Source of the DNA: Candidatus Cloacimonadota bacterium
Lineage (GTDB): Bacteria; Cloacimonadota; Cloacimonadia; JGIOTU-2
Direction of reading: 5' to 3'
NCBI GenBank assembly: GCA_049903315.1
Contig: JBNGBT010000001.1
Coordinates: 421,652-485,651, forward strand
Length of the DNA: 64,000 bases
The notes under the pieces were generated by a model. The model saw only the letters and a list, made by a program, of their open reading frames with translations, did not search any database and had not been told where the DNA came from. Positions 21,436-31,602 of this stretch are shown here, piece by piece (position 1 is the stretch's first letter; each line of letters opens with the position of its first letter). Position numbers and translations under genes: made by a program.

Positions 21436-22487
21436 AACAATTCGCATTAGTACTCTCTCTTGAGCAGCTTGCGTCAATCGCTGAAGGCAAGCTCGTCAAA
21501 ATTCGGGATTGCACGTGTAGTGCTGTCGCTTCCCTTGAAGAAGCAGATGAGAATACTGTGGTTTTTTTCCAGGATCCGAAATTTGAAAAGGGATTTGCAG
21601 AATCCAAAGCAGGTGTTTTTCTTATTCCAGAAAAATTAGACACAGATACCTTACCCAAAAGAAATTATATTCTTTGCTCTAAGCCGTACTTTTCTTTTTT
21701 AAGGATCGTTGCTTATTTCTTACAATCCACACAAAAACCAATCAAAGGTAGAGACATTCATCCTACTGCAATTATTGCTGAGTCTGTAAAAATCCCCGAG
21801 AATATAACTATTGCTGCAAATGTAGTGATCGGAGAAAATGTTGTTTTGGGGGACTGTTCATTGATTCATGAGAACGTTGTTATCAAAGATGATATTGTCA
21901 TTGGTGATAAGTGTTGTTTTTATCCGGGAGTGACCATTTACAGCGAAGTCCTGATAGGATCTGAAGTGAGTATTCACGCAGGGAGTGTCATTGGTTCTGA
22001 CGGTTTCGGTTATATATGGGATGGAAAGAAGCATCAAAAGATACCACAGATAGGAAGCGTTATTATTGAAGATGATGTGGAGATCGGTGCGAATGTGACT
22101 GTCGACCGGGGTGCGCTTGGTGATACGATCATTCGCAAAGGATCAAGAATTGATAATCTCGTTCAAATCGCTCATAACGTTGAAGTAGGGGAGTTTACTG
22201 TCCTCTGCTCACAAGTCGGGATTGCAGGAAGTTCAAAGGTTGGAAACAACTGCATCTTTGCAGGACAGGTTGGTATTGCAGATCATGTAAAGATCGGGGA
22301 TAACGTCAAAATTGGCGCTCAATCAGGAGTTCCCAATGATATTCCGGACAATAAGATCGTGCTCGGATATCCAGCGATAGATATCGGACTGCAAAGAAGG
22401 ATTCTCGCTTCATTAAAAGAATTGCCCGATATACGAAAATACTTCCATCAACTCAAAAAGAAGGAAGAAACTAATGTACATTCATGA
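21432..22487 (+). CDS. lpxD: UDP-3-O-(3-hydroxyacyl)glucosamine N-acyltransferase
   Basis: Hexapeptide repeats, [24 protein letters not shown]. Confidence 0.95.
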   Translation: MKQFALVLSLEQLASIAEGKLVKIRDCTCSAVASLEEADENTVVFFQDPKFEKGFAESKAGVFLIPEKLDTDTLPKRNYILCSKPYFSFLRIVAYFLQSTQKPIKGRDIHPTAIIAESVKIPENITIAANVVIGENVVLGDCSLIHENVVIKDDIVIGDKCCFYPGVTIYSEVLIGSEVSIHAGSVIGSDGFGYIWDGKKHQKIPQIGSVIIEDDVEIGANVTVDRGALGDTIIRKGSRIDNLVQIAHNVEVGEFTVLCSQVGIAGSSKVGNNCIFAGQVGIADHVKIGDNVKIGAQSGVPNDIPDNKIVLGYPAIDIGLQRRILASLKELPDIRKYFHQLKKKEETNVHS

Positions 22488-23907
22488 AAATCAACAGACA
22501 ATTAAGGATTCAATAAGTTATACAGGCATCGGCTTACATACAGGGACGATCAGTACTGTAACATTTAAATCTGCACCAGAGAACACAGGTATAATCTTCC
22601 GTCGTACCGATTTGCCTGGGCAGCCGGAGATTCCTGCAGATATACAGCATGTACAAAGTCTGGATAGAGGAACGAATATTGGCATCAAGGATGCAACGGT
22701 CGCCACTATCGAGCATGTGCTTTCTGCCATCAAAGGATTGGAAATCGATAATATTTATGTGGAAATTGATGGAGAGGAAATCCCTGTTGCGGACGGTAGT
22801 GCGATCGAGTTTGTGAAAGCCTTGAAAAAATGCGGTATTGTCGAGCAGAATGCGGAGCGTAAATATCTTGAGATCAAGAAGCCGTTATCGTTTTCTGTTC
22901 CGGAACGTAATGTCGATGTCGTTGTGGTGCCTTCTGAGTCTTTGAAGATCACATTTTTTATTGATTTTGACCACCCGAACCTTAAACCTCAATACACTTC
23001 CATGGTTTCTCTCCAAGATGAATATGAAAAGGGATTTGCTTCTGCAAGAACTTTTTGTTTTATCAATGACATTAAACAACTTAAAGCAGCTGGTCTGATC
23101 AAAGGTGGAAGTTTGAGCAATGCGCTCGTCATCGGTGATGAAAGTCTATCTGATACAGATATACAGGAGTTGAGAAAACTCTTCAATATGAAGGGAGAAG
23201 TCAAACTTAATGAGCATAAGCTGCTTAATTCCACTCCCTTAAGATATTATAATGAATTTGTGCGACATAAAGTTGTCGACCTCATTGGTGATCTTGCACT
23301 TCTGGGTATCTCTGTAAAAGGACATATTCTAGCTGCACGCTCCGGACATAAAACGAACATCGAACTGATAAAAAAGATCAAGCAGCAGTATGAAAATGAA
23401 ATCTTAAAAGCAAAATATCAAAAAAAGGAAGCGCAGGGGGTTGTCTTTGATAATGAAGCGATCCAGCGAATTCTTCCACACAGATATCCGTTCCTGCTCG
23501 TTGATAAGATCATTGAGTTCACTCCCGGAGAATCGATCGTCGGCATAAAAAATGTTACGATAAATGAACCTTTCTTTCAAGGACATTTTCCGGATCATCC
23601 TGTTATGCCCGGAGTGCTCATCGTAGAGGCAATGGTACAAACAGGCGGTATTCTCGTTCTTAATGAATGTCCAGATCCTCGTGATTTTATCGCATATTTT
23701 CTTTCAATAGATAAAGTGAAGTTCAGAAAACTGGTTGTTCCCGGAGATAGACTTGAATTTCGCATGAGATTGGTTCGGTCACGGGTCGGGGTACATGTGA
23801 TCGAAGGCAAAACGTATGTTGATGATAAATTGGTTTGCGAAGGGGAATTAAAAGCAAAATTGATTAAAAAAAATGACTCAAATAATTCATCCAACAGCAA
23901 TAATTGA
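22474..23907 (+). CDS. lpxC/fabZ: Bifunctional LpxC deacetylase / FabZ dehydratase
   Basis: [25 protein letters not shown] (LpxC), followed by [11 protein letters not shown] and FFQGHFP...PGVLIVEAM (FabZ). Confidence 0.95.
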   Translation: MYIHENQQTIKDSISYTGIGLHTGTISTVTFKSAPENTGIIFRRTDLPGQPEIPADIQHVQSLDRGTNIGIKDATVATIEHVLSAIKGLEIDNIYVEIDGEEIPVADGSAIEFVKALKKCGIVEQNAERKYLEIKKPLSFSVPERNVDVVVVPSESLKITFFIDFDHPNLKPQYTSMVSLQDEYEKGFASARTFCFINDIKQLKAAGLIKGGSLSNALVIGDESLSDTDIQELRKLFNMKGEVKLNEHKLLNSTPLRYYNEFVRHKVVDLIGDLALLGISVKGHILAARSGHKTNIELIKKIKQQYENEILKAKYQKKEAQGVVFDNEAIQRILPHRYPFLLVDKIIEFTPGESIVGIKNVTINEPFFQGHFPDHPVMPGVLIVEAMVQTGGILVLNECPDPRDFIAYFLSIDKVKFRKLVVPGDRLEFRMRLVRSRVGVHVIEGKTYVDDKLVCEGELKAKLIKKNDSNNSSNSNN

Positions 23908-24649
23908 TCCCAAAGCAAGGATCGGAAATGATGTTGAGATCGGTCCTTTTTCAATTGTTGGACCGAAAGTAATACTCCATGACGGAGTAAAAGTAGCATC
24001 AAATGTCGTGATAGATGGTCGCACAACTATTGGAAAAGGGTGCAGAATTTTTCATTCTGCTGTCATTGGCACCGAACCTCAGGATCTTAAATATGCCGGA
24101 GAGGACACTGCAGTTGAGATCGGTGAATACACACTCATCAGAGAATTTGCGACTGTTAACCGCTCTACAAATATTGACCAGCCAACAAGAGTCGGCAGCA
24201 AATGCCTGCTCATGACGTATACTCACGTTGCTCATGATTGCCAGCTCGGTGATCGGGTAATTATGGCGAATTCCGCAAACTTGGCAGGACATGTTATTAT
24301 TGAAAATAATGCAACCATCGGCGGAATAACTCCTGTTCATCAATTTGTGCATATTGGCTGCTATTCCTTTATTGGTGGGCTTTCGCGCGTAAGCCAGGAT
24401 GTCGCACCATATACTCGCGGAGCAAGTATTCCATATAGAACAGTAGGGCTTAACTCCGTTGGTTTGCGGCGCAATAATTACTCTCCTGAAACAAGAGCAA
24501 CATTAAAGGAGCTCTACAAGATTTTCTATAATTCAAACCTCAATACAACACAGGCATTAGAAAAAATTATGGCTGAAATCGACATGATTGATGAAGTGAA
24601 ACATTTTATTGAATTTGTAGAAAATTCAGAACGCGGAATTGCTAAGTAA
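23873..24649 (+). CDS. lpxA: Acyl-ACP--UDP-N-acetylglucosamine O-acyltransferase
   Basis: IHPTAII, PQDLKY, HVAHDC, LAGHV, VHQF, GLNSVGLRR. Confidence 0.96.
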   Translation: MTQIIHPTAIIDPKARIGNDVEIGPFSIVGPKVILHDGVKVASNVVIDGRTTIGKGCRIFHSAVIGTEPQDLKYAGEDTAVEIGEYTLIREFATVNRSTNIDQPTRVGSKCLLMTYTHVAHDCQLGDRVIMANSANLAGHVIIENNATIGGITPVHQFVHIGCYSFIGGLSRVSQDVAPYTRGASIPYRTVGLNSVGLRRNNYSPETRATLKELYKIFYNSNLNTTQALEKIMAEIDMIDEVKHFIEFVENSERGIAK

Positions 24650-24742
24650 AATTTTTTTGTTTTTTTATAAAAAAAATTGACAGAGTAAGTAGTGACAGTA
24701 ACTTATGGCTTGCATATAGCAAAAAATGATGCGGAGGCACAT

Positions 24743-25015
24743 ATGACAAAACAAGAGTTAATTGAAAAAGTTGCTATGGATGCTGACATTTCGAAGAAGA
24801 AAGCTGGCGACGCTGTTAACGCTGTATTCGATAGCATCAAATTAGGACTTGAAAAAGGTGACAAGATCACTATGGTTGGTTTCGGAACATTTAGTGTGGC
24901 AAAAAGAGCTGCACGTATGGGTCTGAACCCTGCAACTGGTGAAAAGATTCAAATCCCTGCAACTAAAGTTCCCAAATTTAAAGCGGGTAAAAAACTTAAA
25001 GAAGCAGTCAAATAA
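24743..25015 (+). CDS. hup: DNA-binding protein HU (true start MTKQEL at 24743)
   Basis: GFGTF, R.GLNPATGE, VPKFKAGK; GGAGG SD before the ATG at 24743. Confidence 0.95.
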   Translation: MTKQELIEKVAMDADISKKKAGDAVNAVFDSIKLGLEKGDKITMVGFGTFSVAKRAARMGLNPATGEKIQIPATKVPKFKAGKKLKEAVK

Positions 25016-25027
25016 TCACCATTTTAT

Positions 25028-25057
25028 AAGAGCAAGGGGCTTCCCCTTGCTCTTTTT
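25028..25057 (+). terminator. Intrinsic terminator after hup
   Basis: AAGAGCAAGGGG-ctt-CCCCTTGCTCTT followed by TTT. Confidence 0.8.
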
Positions 25058-25080
25058 ATTAAAACAATTCGGGGTTAAAC

Positions 25081-26199
25081 ATGAAGTTTAATGTTCATAG
25101 AAATCAGATATTACAAAAAGTCCAATTTATCAACAGTATTGTTCCTGTAAGAAACCCTTTGCAGATACTCACTAATATTCTCCTTGAAGCAAATAGTGAA
25201 AAAGGAAGCATTCGCCTTGCTGCTACTGATCTTGAAGTTTCGGCAGTGACAGAGGTAGAATGCAATGTGCTTGAATCCGGGAAGATTGCAATCCCCGCAA
25301 AAAATTTTACAGATATTATTCGTGCCCTTCCTGATGATGAGATTCACTGCGAACTGGATAATAAGATGCTGAATATCAAATGCCAACACAGTGAATTTAG
25401 TTTGATATATGCAGACCCGGAAGATTTCCCTGAAATTCCGGAACGAGAATGGGAAAACAGTTTTACTATGGATGCTGGGCTCTTTTCAAAATTAGTTGAA
25501 AAAACTTCTTTTGCCGTATCAGAACATATTGGACGACCCGCATTCTCAGGTATTCTTTGGGAGTTGGATGCTAAAAAACAGAAGATGGTTGCTACAGATG
25601 GAAAAAGATTAGGTAAATTCGAGAGCGCGCTGAGTCTGGATACAGACAAGATAGACATTATTATGCCGATCAAAGGTGTGAATCTCGTAAGAAGGATTAT
25701 ACATGCTGACCAGCCCAAGATAAAGATATTACCTGAAGAGAGCGCGATCAGCTTTGAGTATGATTCATATAAGATATATTCACGTTTGATTGAGGCAAAT
25801 TATCCTGACTACGAAGCAGTAATACCGTACGATAATTCAAAGATATTTGATATCGAAGTAGAACCTCTTATTAAAGCAATTCAACGAGTTTCTCTGCTTG
25901 CCTCTGAGGATAATTTTAAGATCGTATTCAATTTTTCGAAAAATCAACTTAAAATTCACTCCGAGAATATTGACAAGGGATCTGCTGAAGAAGTTCTGGA
26001 AATTGAGAATGATTTCGATAAATTCCAAATTGGCTTCAACTATAAATATCTAATTGAAATACTTCAGCTTGTGGATACGAAGATCGTGCAGATAAAATTC
26101 GAAAACTCTCTTGATCCGTGTATTTTCTATAATATTGAATATGCAGAAGATCAAAAAAATCTATTCCTCCTCATGCCGCTAAGATTAGCGAATGATTAA
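25081..26199 (+). CDS. dnaN: DNA polymerase III beta sliding clamp
   Basis: ATDLE, VATDGKRL, SRLIEANYPDY, GFNYKYL, LLMPLR. Confidence 0.95.
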   Translation: MKFNVHRNQILQKVQFINSIVPVRNPLQILTNILLEANSEKGSIRLAATDLEVSAVTEVECNVLESGKIAIPAKNFTDIIRALPDDEIHCELDNKMLNIKCQHSEFSLIYADPEDFPEIPEREWENSFTMDAGLFSKLVEKTSFAVSEHIGRPAFSGILWELDAKKQKMVATDGKRLGKFESALSLDTDKIDIIMPIKGVNLVRRIIHADQPKIKILPEESAISFEYDSYKIYSRLIEANYPDYEAVIPYDNSKIFDIEVEPLIKAIQRVSLLASEDNFKIVFNFSKNQLKIHSENIDKGSAEEVLEIENDFDKFQIGFNYKYLIEILQLVDTKIVQIKFENSLDPCIFYNIEYAEDQKNLFLLMPLRLAND

Positions 26200-26223
26200 G
26201 TAGATTAGTAAATAAACTTTGAT

Positions 26224-26254
26224 AAAGCATCTGTATTCTTGCAGATGCTTTTTT
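26224..26254. terminator. Bidirectional terminator between convergent dnaN and hflX
   Basis: AAAGCATCTGTA-ttct-TGCAGATGCTTT with T/A tails. Confidence 0.75.
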
Positions 26255-27569
26255 ATTTTATCTTGGATTTTCTCTTTGCAGTATGCTTATTTCTAACCTC
26301 ATATTTTCTGAATAACTTTGCCTTTTGTTGGTATTGTTCAAGAGGGACCTTCACCCGTAAACGTACAGAATCATTATTATATCGCTTATCAATAATTTCT
26401 GCATTATCAAAAAGATAGGAGATGAATTTTTGCTCTTTGTTGGGAATTTTAAGTATTATGTTTTTCTTGCTAACAGCTAACATTTTTGAGATTGCTTTTT
26501 GGATGTCATCGAAATTTGTACCGTTTCGTGCAGAAATAAAGAGGGATTCCGGATAATCAATGCGGAGTTTCTTTTTCATGAACAGATATTGGTTTTGCGG
26601 GAGAATGTCGATTTTATTAAAAATCAATATTATATCTTTGTGATCAGCATGGATATCTTTCAGAGTTTGAAAAACAGTATCCATATATTCGAATAATTTA
26701 GGATGCGAAATATCTACTACGTGCAAGAGCAAATCAGCATAAACTACTTCTTGCAATGTAGCGTGAAAGGATGCGATCAGATACGGCGGGATTTTTCTTA
26801 TAAAACCTATTGTATCAGAAATGACAATGTGCTCTTTTGTTTCGAGGGTTATTCCTCTTGTTGTGGTTTCCAGGGTTGCAAAAAGCTGGTCTGCCGTGTA
26901 AAGATTGGAGGAGGTAAGTCTATTTAGCACAGTGCTCTTTCCCGCATTTGTATATCCCACAAGACTCACTGAAAACACCTCTTTCCGGCTTTTTCTTTTC
27001 GTCTCGTTTATCTGCTCGATCCCTGCAATTTTTGATTTTAAATGTGCGATCCTATCATTTATTCGGCGCCGGTCTATTTCGAGTTGTTTCTCTCCGGGAC
27101 CGCGAAATCCAATGCCGCCCTCGATTCGGGAAAGATGTGTCCATTGCCCTTTTAAGCGAGAAAAGTTATACTGCAGTTGTGCAAGCTCGACCTGCAATTT
27201 ACTTTGCTTTGTTTGAGCATGTTGAGCAAAAATATCAAGTATGAGTTGTGAACGGTCTATTATCCGCTTCTTGGTCGTTTTTGATAAATTTCTGTCCTGC
27301 GAAGGTGTGAGATTGTCATCAAAAATAATGATATTTGCATCTTCGCTTTTAGCTCGCGCACCTATTTCTTTTGCTTTGCCTGACCCGACAAAATATGCGG
27401 GATGAGGTTTGGGCCGGATTTGGATTTCTATAGCTGAGACAACAACATTTGCCGTTCGTGCAAGATGTGCGAGTTCCTGCAGAGATTCTTCCACATCAAA
27501 GGATGATCTGCCTTCAGTTTGTAGTCCAACTAAAATAGCTTTATCTTGTTTCTGTTCTATCGTATGAAT
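26253..27569 (-). CDS. hflX: Ribosome-splitting GTPase HflX (probable non-canonical ATT start at 27569; the ORF track starts it at 27494)
   Basis: LILDIFAQHA, GPGEKQLEIDRR, G1 GYTNAGKST, LFATL, DTIGF, NKID. The frame extends upstream as IHTIEQKQDKAILVGL, which is the usual HflX N-terminus. Confidence 0.93.
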   Translation of the reverse strand: MHTIEQKQDKAILVGLQTEGRSSFDVEESLQELAHLARTANVVVSAIEIQIRPKPHPAYFVGSGKAKEIGARAKSEDANIIIFDDNLTPSQDRNLSKTTKKRIIDRSQLILDIFAQHAQTKQSKLQVELAQLQYNFSRLKGQWTHLSRIEGGIGFRGPGEKQLEIDRRRINDRIAHLKSKIAGIEQINETKRKSRKEVFSVSLVGYTNAGKSTVLNRLTSSNLYTADQLFATLETTTRGITLETKEHIVISDTIGFIRKIPPYLIASFHATLQEVVYADLLLHVVDISHPKLFEYMDTVFQTLKDIHADHKDIILIFNKIDILPQNQYLFMKKKLRIDYPESLFISARNGTNFDDIQKAISKMLAVSKKNIILKIPNKEQKFISYLFDNAEIIDKRYNNDSVRLRVKVPLEQYQQKAKLFRKYEVRNKHTAKRKSKIK

Positions 27570-27590
27570 AGAGAACCTCAGTTATGATTT

Positions 27591-29324
27591 TTAGCGAATG
27601 AGTACAATTTTTTGAACTACCTCTTCAGAATTTTCATTCATTGCTTTCAAAAGATAAATACCTGAAGGAACTGGGTCGTTACGAATATCTGTGCCGTTCC
27701 AGATAACAGAGAGCTGGTGATCATGAGAAGGATTGGTAATAGGCAGGTCTTTGACCTTTTGTCCTTTCATATTATAAATTTCTACTTGTACATGTGCACT
27801 GAGATGCGCAATTTCAAAACTGATCGTCGTGGCAGTAGTGAAAGGATTGGGGAAGCTCATCACATGATATCCGAAATTATGGGCAATTTCAGGAAACTCA
27901 TCGATCGCTACAATATCCAGGTCGAGTAATATACACAGCGCAATAGGATCGATCTCACCCTGGTTGGTTGTTCCGTCATACACAAATCTTCCGTGTGACA
28001 TATAATGCAGAGCCATAAACGGAAAGGTCATTGACGTACCTTGTATGGGATTGTGAATAGTGGCTACACCCATATTTTGAGTACGACCGCAGATGGTACA
28101 ATCTTCGATACCCCAGACAGGCTGCGATTCGATATAGATCGAGTCGGTAGGCGGATTTGATCCTGAAGAAATAACCGGAAGTGATGAAATTTTCTCTATC
28201 AAAGCTTGTGATATTTCGTGCCCGTCATCGATCCCAATATTATGGGTGTAGGGATTATCATATTCCATATCGAAATAGGTCTCAGCCGAGTTGTTCAATC
28301 CGTCATTATCTGGATCATTTGGTGTGGCAAGTGCATGATGTAAGATGTCATACGGCGCGATTGTCTTATTAAGCAGGGCAATATCAATGCGTGTGGTATC
28401 ATCCTCAATAATGTAGGAAAACGAGCCATGCTCCAAAAAATGAAGTGCCATATATGGAATATTGATCTCGAGCTCGTGCATGGGATTGTGAACGGTCACA
28501 TATCCCATATTTGCAAGCTCACCGCAGATCGGGCAATTATAATATCCATAGGTTGGGTGCTCGATGACATAGCAGGAATTCGGGGTGATGACGTGTGGTA
28601 AGCTGTCTATAAGAGCTTTATGACTTTGAGCGATTGTGTGAGATTCTCCACTCGGGAAAACGCCGGTTATCAATTCTTCACTATTCGTGAGATAGTCATC
28701 GTCATCATCACCCGGCACAGAAATCCAGTGAGAATCTGCATGAAGATGAGATAAAGTGCCAAGTGAAAATGTCAAAGCCGCAGCATAGGGAAGTGCTTTT
28801 TTGAAGAATTGTAAAATGGGAGTCTTTTCATGTAAAGCATATTTCTCGCTATACAGCTCGTGGCATTCATCAAATATTGATTTGTAAACAGGGAAGAGGG
28901 ATGGTGAAATGCGACAATCGGGGCAGATCCAATGAAACAGAAGTTTCTGTTCCTTATCTATGTATGGATTGTGGGTGTATCCATTATGAATAAAATTTTC
29001 TACACAGCAAGAAGGATACCCGAAAAGAAATCCTTCGATCTTGCGCTGTGCTGGTGTTAATCTGAGAGGTTGGTCGTCAAAATGACGTGTATATGCTGAA
29101 AGGTATCGAGAGCTTTTACTGAAGATAAGCTCTTCAATTTTATCTCCGTTGTCACAAAATCTGGTAACAGGTTCTAAAACAAGATCAAACTTTTTAAGCG
29201 TCTGCTTCTCTTGGTAGCCAAGCGGCTTTTCCCAGCGGCTAAGCGGTTTCACCTTATGAGTGGTCAGCAAAGCCAGATAAAGAAGCTGGAAACGCTGGTC
29301 ATGCAAAAAGTTCTCTTTTTTCAT
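27591..29324 (-). CDS. Multi-domain protein: Cys-rich N-terminal domain, internal signal-like segment, two CxxC/His repeats, C-terminal FlgD-Ig/T9SS-like domain
   Basis: AGGAGG SD before MKKENF (29324); GYPSCC and HWICPDC; repeats CPICG..NMG..HNP..MALH..HG and CTICG..NMG..HNP..MALH..HG; FPNPF...IYNMKGQKV...WNGTD...SGIY. Confidence 0.7.
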   Translation of the reverse strand: MKKENFLHDQRFQLLYLALLTTHKVKPLSRWEKPLGYQEKQTLKKFDLVLEPVTRFCDNGDKIEELIFSKSSRYLSAYTRHFDDQPLRLTPAQRKIEGFLFGYPSCCVENFIHNGYTHNPYIDKEQKLLFHWICPDCRISPSLFPVYKSIFDECHELYSEKYALHEKTPILQFFKKALPYAAALTFSLGTLSHLHADSHWISVPGDDDDDYLTNSEELITGVFPSGESHTIAQSHKALIDSLPHVITPNSCYVIEHPTYGYYNCPICGELANMGYVTVHNPMHELEINIPYMALHFLEHGSFSYIIEDDTTRIDIALLNKTIAPYDILHHALATPNDPDNDGLNNSAETYFDMEYDNPYTHNIGIDDGHEISQALIEKISSLPVISSGSNPPTDSIYIESQPVWGIEDCTICGRTQNMGVATIHNPIQGTSMTFPFMALHYMSHGRFVYDGTTNQGEIDPIALCILLDLDIVAIDEFPEIAHNFGYHVMSFPNPFTTATTISFEIAHLSAHVQVEIYNMKGQKVKDLPITNPSHDHQLSVIWNGTDIRNDPVPSGIYLLKAMNENSEEVVQKIVLIR

Positions 29325-29409
29325 GTTACCTCCTGATAAGTTGGAGAGTAGTAATAATTGTTGGTCGCTCTTCGCAACCATATCCTATTTAAGAAAATAA
29401 CAGACATCA

Positions 29410-31473
29410 TTATCGTAAAATAATGATCTTTCCTAAATGAGTAATTCTTTTCTCTTGAACAACATTTGAGAAGTATATTCCACTTAGAACCGGAACACCA
29501 TATTCATCATTGCCATTCCAATATAATTGAGTAAAATTGTCAAATGGTTGTTGCGTAAAAAGTTTTCTTACATGCTGTCCCTTAGAATTATATATGTCAA
29601 TGTGCATGTCTTGGGAAATATCCGGGCAATAGAAAGAAAGGCATATAGTTCCGTGAACATCCGGATTGAAGGGATTCGGATACATGCTTTGCATAAGATC
29701 TTCATGCATTTCTGGTTCATCTATGGAAACATTATCAAATGTGATCGTCATTGAAGCAGAGGTTTCATTTAGAGAGCAGTCCCGCGCGATCACTTCAAGA
29801 ATATATTGCCCATCCGGGAACTGGCTCGTATCCAGGTTTTCATATTGGTCATATTCAGTGATCACAGAATCTCCGTCAGAGTTTGTGATGATATGATAAT
29901 AATTTCGAGTGCTATAATCACCTATCGAGTAACAGTATGGATCTCTTGAATAGATCGTATAGAGCACCATATTATCATAAGTTCCGTTTACATAGGTGTC
30001 CAGGGGCATATCATAGGCAAATGAGAAACGCTCGTAAATTGTTGAACCGGGATTCGATCCAGGATGAAGCTTGAACATCAAATCCCAGACATCTATTCTC
30101 CATGTGGAATTTGCAATATCATGACATTTTGCGATGATATCGATCTCACCCATTAAGTTGTCTGGATCGAGATAAGTTCCAGCTTCTGTGCGGAATGCAA
30201 AAAGATCTGAACCATAGGCATTTTCAAAAACTGGAGCAGTAGTATCTTCAATGTTAATCACATCAAGAAGAGGATTATCAGTTGTCCACCAGTTCCCACT
30301 CCATGTTAAACCTGAGCTTATAATTCGTGCAAAATGAATATGAGTGAAGTCAGAAAAGCCCCATGGATAAAGCGTACCCAGAAGATTGCCTACCTGAACC
30401 TGATCTCCGACCATATAAGGAATTGAGTTTTGATTGAGATGTGCATAGAGATATCCCTCAGATTCTGCGGAAGTATTTTCATTCGAAATGCCTATTCTCC
30501 AGTAAGCGGAACCACCGGTCGTAAGAATTGCTTTAATATAACCGGAATGTACTGCAAACACATTTGCATAATCACCACCTAGAAAATCAACGCCGGGATG
30601 AAGGTAAGGAGAACCTCCATACTGCTGAATTTCTGCGTAACTATTTCCAATGGGGAAGGGCTGTGGGATGATCCCATAATCAAGGGGAGCAGTAATTGCC
30701 TGATGTGTTTTAGTTTCCTTTAGATTGAATTGAACTTCATCCTTTTGTACAATACTATTATTCTTGTAATGATACAGTTTGAAAACAAATGAAGTATCCT
30801 GTTCGTCTCTTTCGACAAAATAGAGTTCCGTATTGATAGCTTTGGTTTCAAAAATTGTTTTTTGAGAACTATACAGCGGAATAAGTCTCCCTTCCAGGAA
30901 AAGGGATATCGAGTTTCTTGTGGATACTACCAGCTTTTGATTACAGAAAATAATGTTATGAGGATGTTCATTTATAAGAAGTGAATATGATTTATAATTG
31001 ATTGCTTTTTGATCGGAATTATAAAATGCAGGATTACCGAAATCATCGACAGCAAAGACAATTGAACCGCGATAATTCTTGATGACAGCCGCATCATCAG
31101 AAAGTATGACAATGCCATTCCCATCATAAAAAGCAATATATTTTTGATTTTCTGAAAGTACAATATTGATGATCTTCGAATAGATATTTTTAAAAATGAG
31201 TTCTCCGTTATTATCATATAAACGAAGCACTGATGGAACATTGTCTTCAAGAGTGATAAGTGTGAGATATCCTGACGTGGTTCTGAAAAAAGAATTTCCC
31301 TCAAATGTATATCCATCACAACTGATCGTAAATAAACCATTTTCAATACTGTATTCCAGGTCTTTTTTGTTTCTATCTTGCGTGATGTGTCCATATTGAT
31401 TAAGCTGTATTGCATAACAGGGCAGGGATAAGAGCAATATGAGTGCTGCCGAGAGTAAGATAATCTTTATCAT
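29410..31473 (-). CDS. Secreted M23-family metallopeptidase with a FlgD-Ig/T9SS-like C-terminal domain
   Basis: Signal peptide; HPGVD, YAHL and HIHF zinc motifs; YPNPFNP...IYNSKGQHV...WNGND...SGIYF. Confidence 0.8.
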   Translation of the reverse strand: MIKIILLSAALILLLSLPCYAIQLNQYGHITQDRNKKDLEYSIENGLFTISCDGYTFEGNSFFRTTSGYLTLITLEDNVPSVLRLYDNNGELIFKNIYSKIINIVLSENQKYIAFYDGNGIVILSDDAAVIKNYRGSIVFAVDDFGNPAFYNSDQKAINYKSYSLLINEHPHNIIFCNQKLVVSTRNSISLFLEGRLIPLYSSQKTIFETKAINTELYFVERDEQDTSFVFKLYHYKNNSIVQKDEVQFNLKETKTHQAITAPLDYGIIPQPFPIGNSYAEIQQYGGSPYLHPGVDFLGGDYANVFAVHSGYIKAILTTGGSAYWRIGISNENTSAESEGYLYAHLNQNSIPYMVGDQVQVGNLLGTLYPWGFSDFTHIHFARIISSGLTWSGNWWTTDNPLLDVINIEDTTAPVFENAYGSDLFAFRTEAGTYLDPDNLMGEIDIIAKCHDIANSTWRIDVWDLMFKLHPGSNPGSTIYERFSFAYDMPLDTYVNGTYDNMVLYTIYSRDPYCYSIGDYSTRNYYHIITNSDGDSVITEYDQYENLDTSQFPDGQYILEVIARDCSLNETSASMTITFDNVSIDEPEMHEDLMQSMYPNPFNPDVHGTICLSFYCPDISQDMHIDIYNSKGQHVRKLFTQQPFDNFTQLYWNGNDEYGVPVLSGIYFSNVVQEKRITHLGKIIILR

Positions 31474-31602
31474 TATGTCGAACTCCGATAAAATTTTATA
31501 TGTATAAAAAACATACCATTTTAGAGCATGTCAAGAGAAAAGTGTTGCAAAATTTGACGTATTATTTCAACGGGAATAGCACTGAACATAAGTGAGGTTC
31601 TC

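Noticed and set aside
22474..23907. LpxC-FabZ fusion as a novelty
   Set aside because: Well known in Bacteroidota and relatives; useful only as a taxonomic hint.
24692..24742. N-terminal extension of HU from the upstream GTG
   Set aside because: The GGAGG SD and the typical ~90-aa HU length support ATG 24743.
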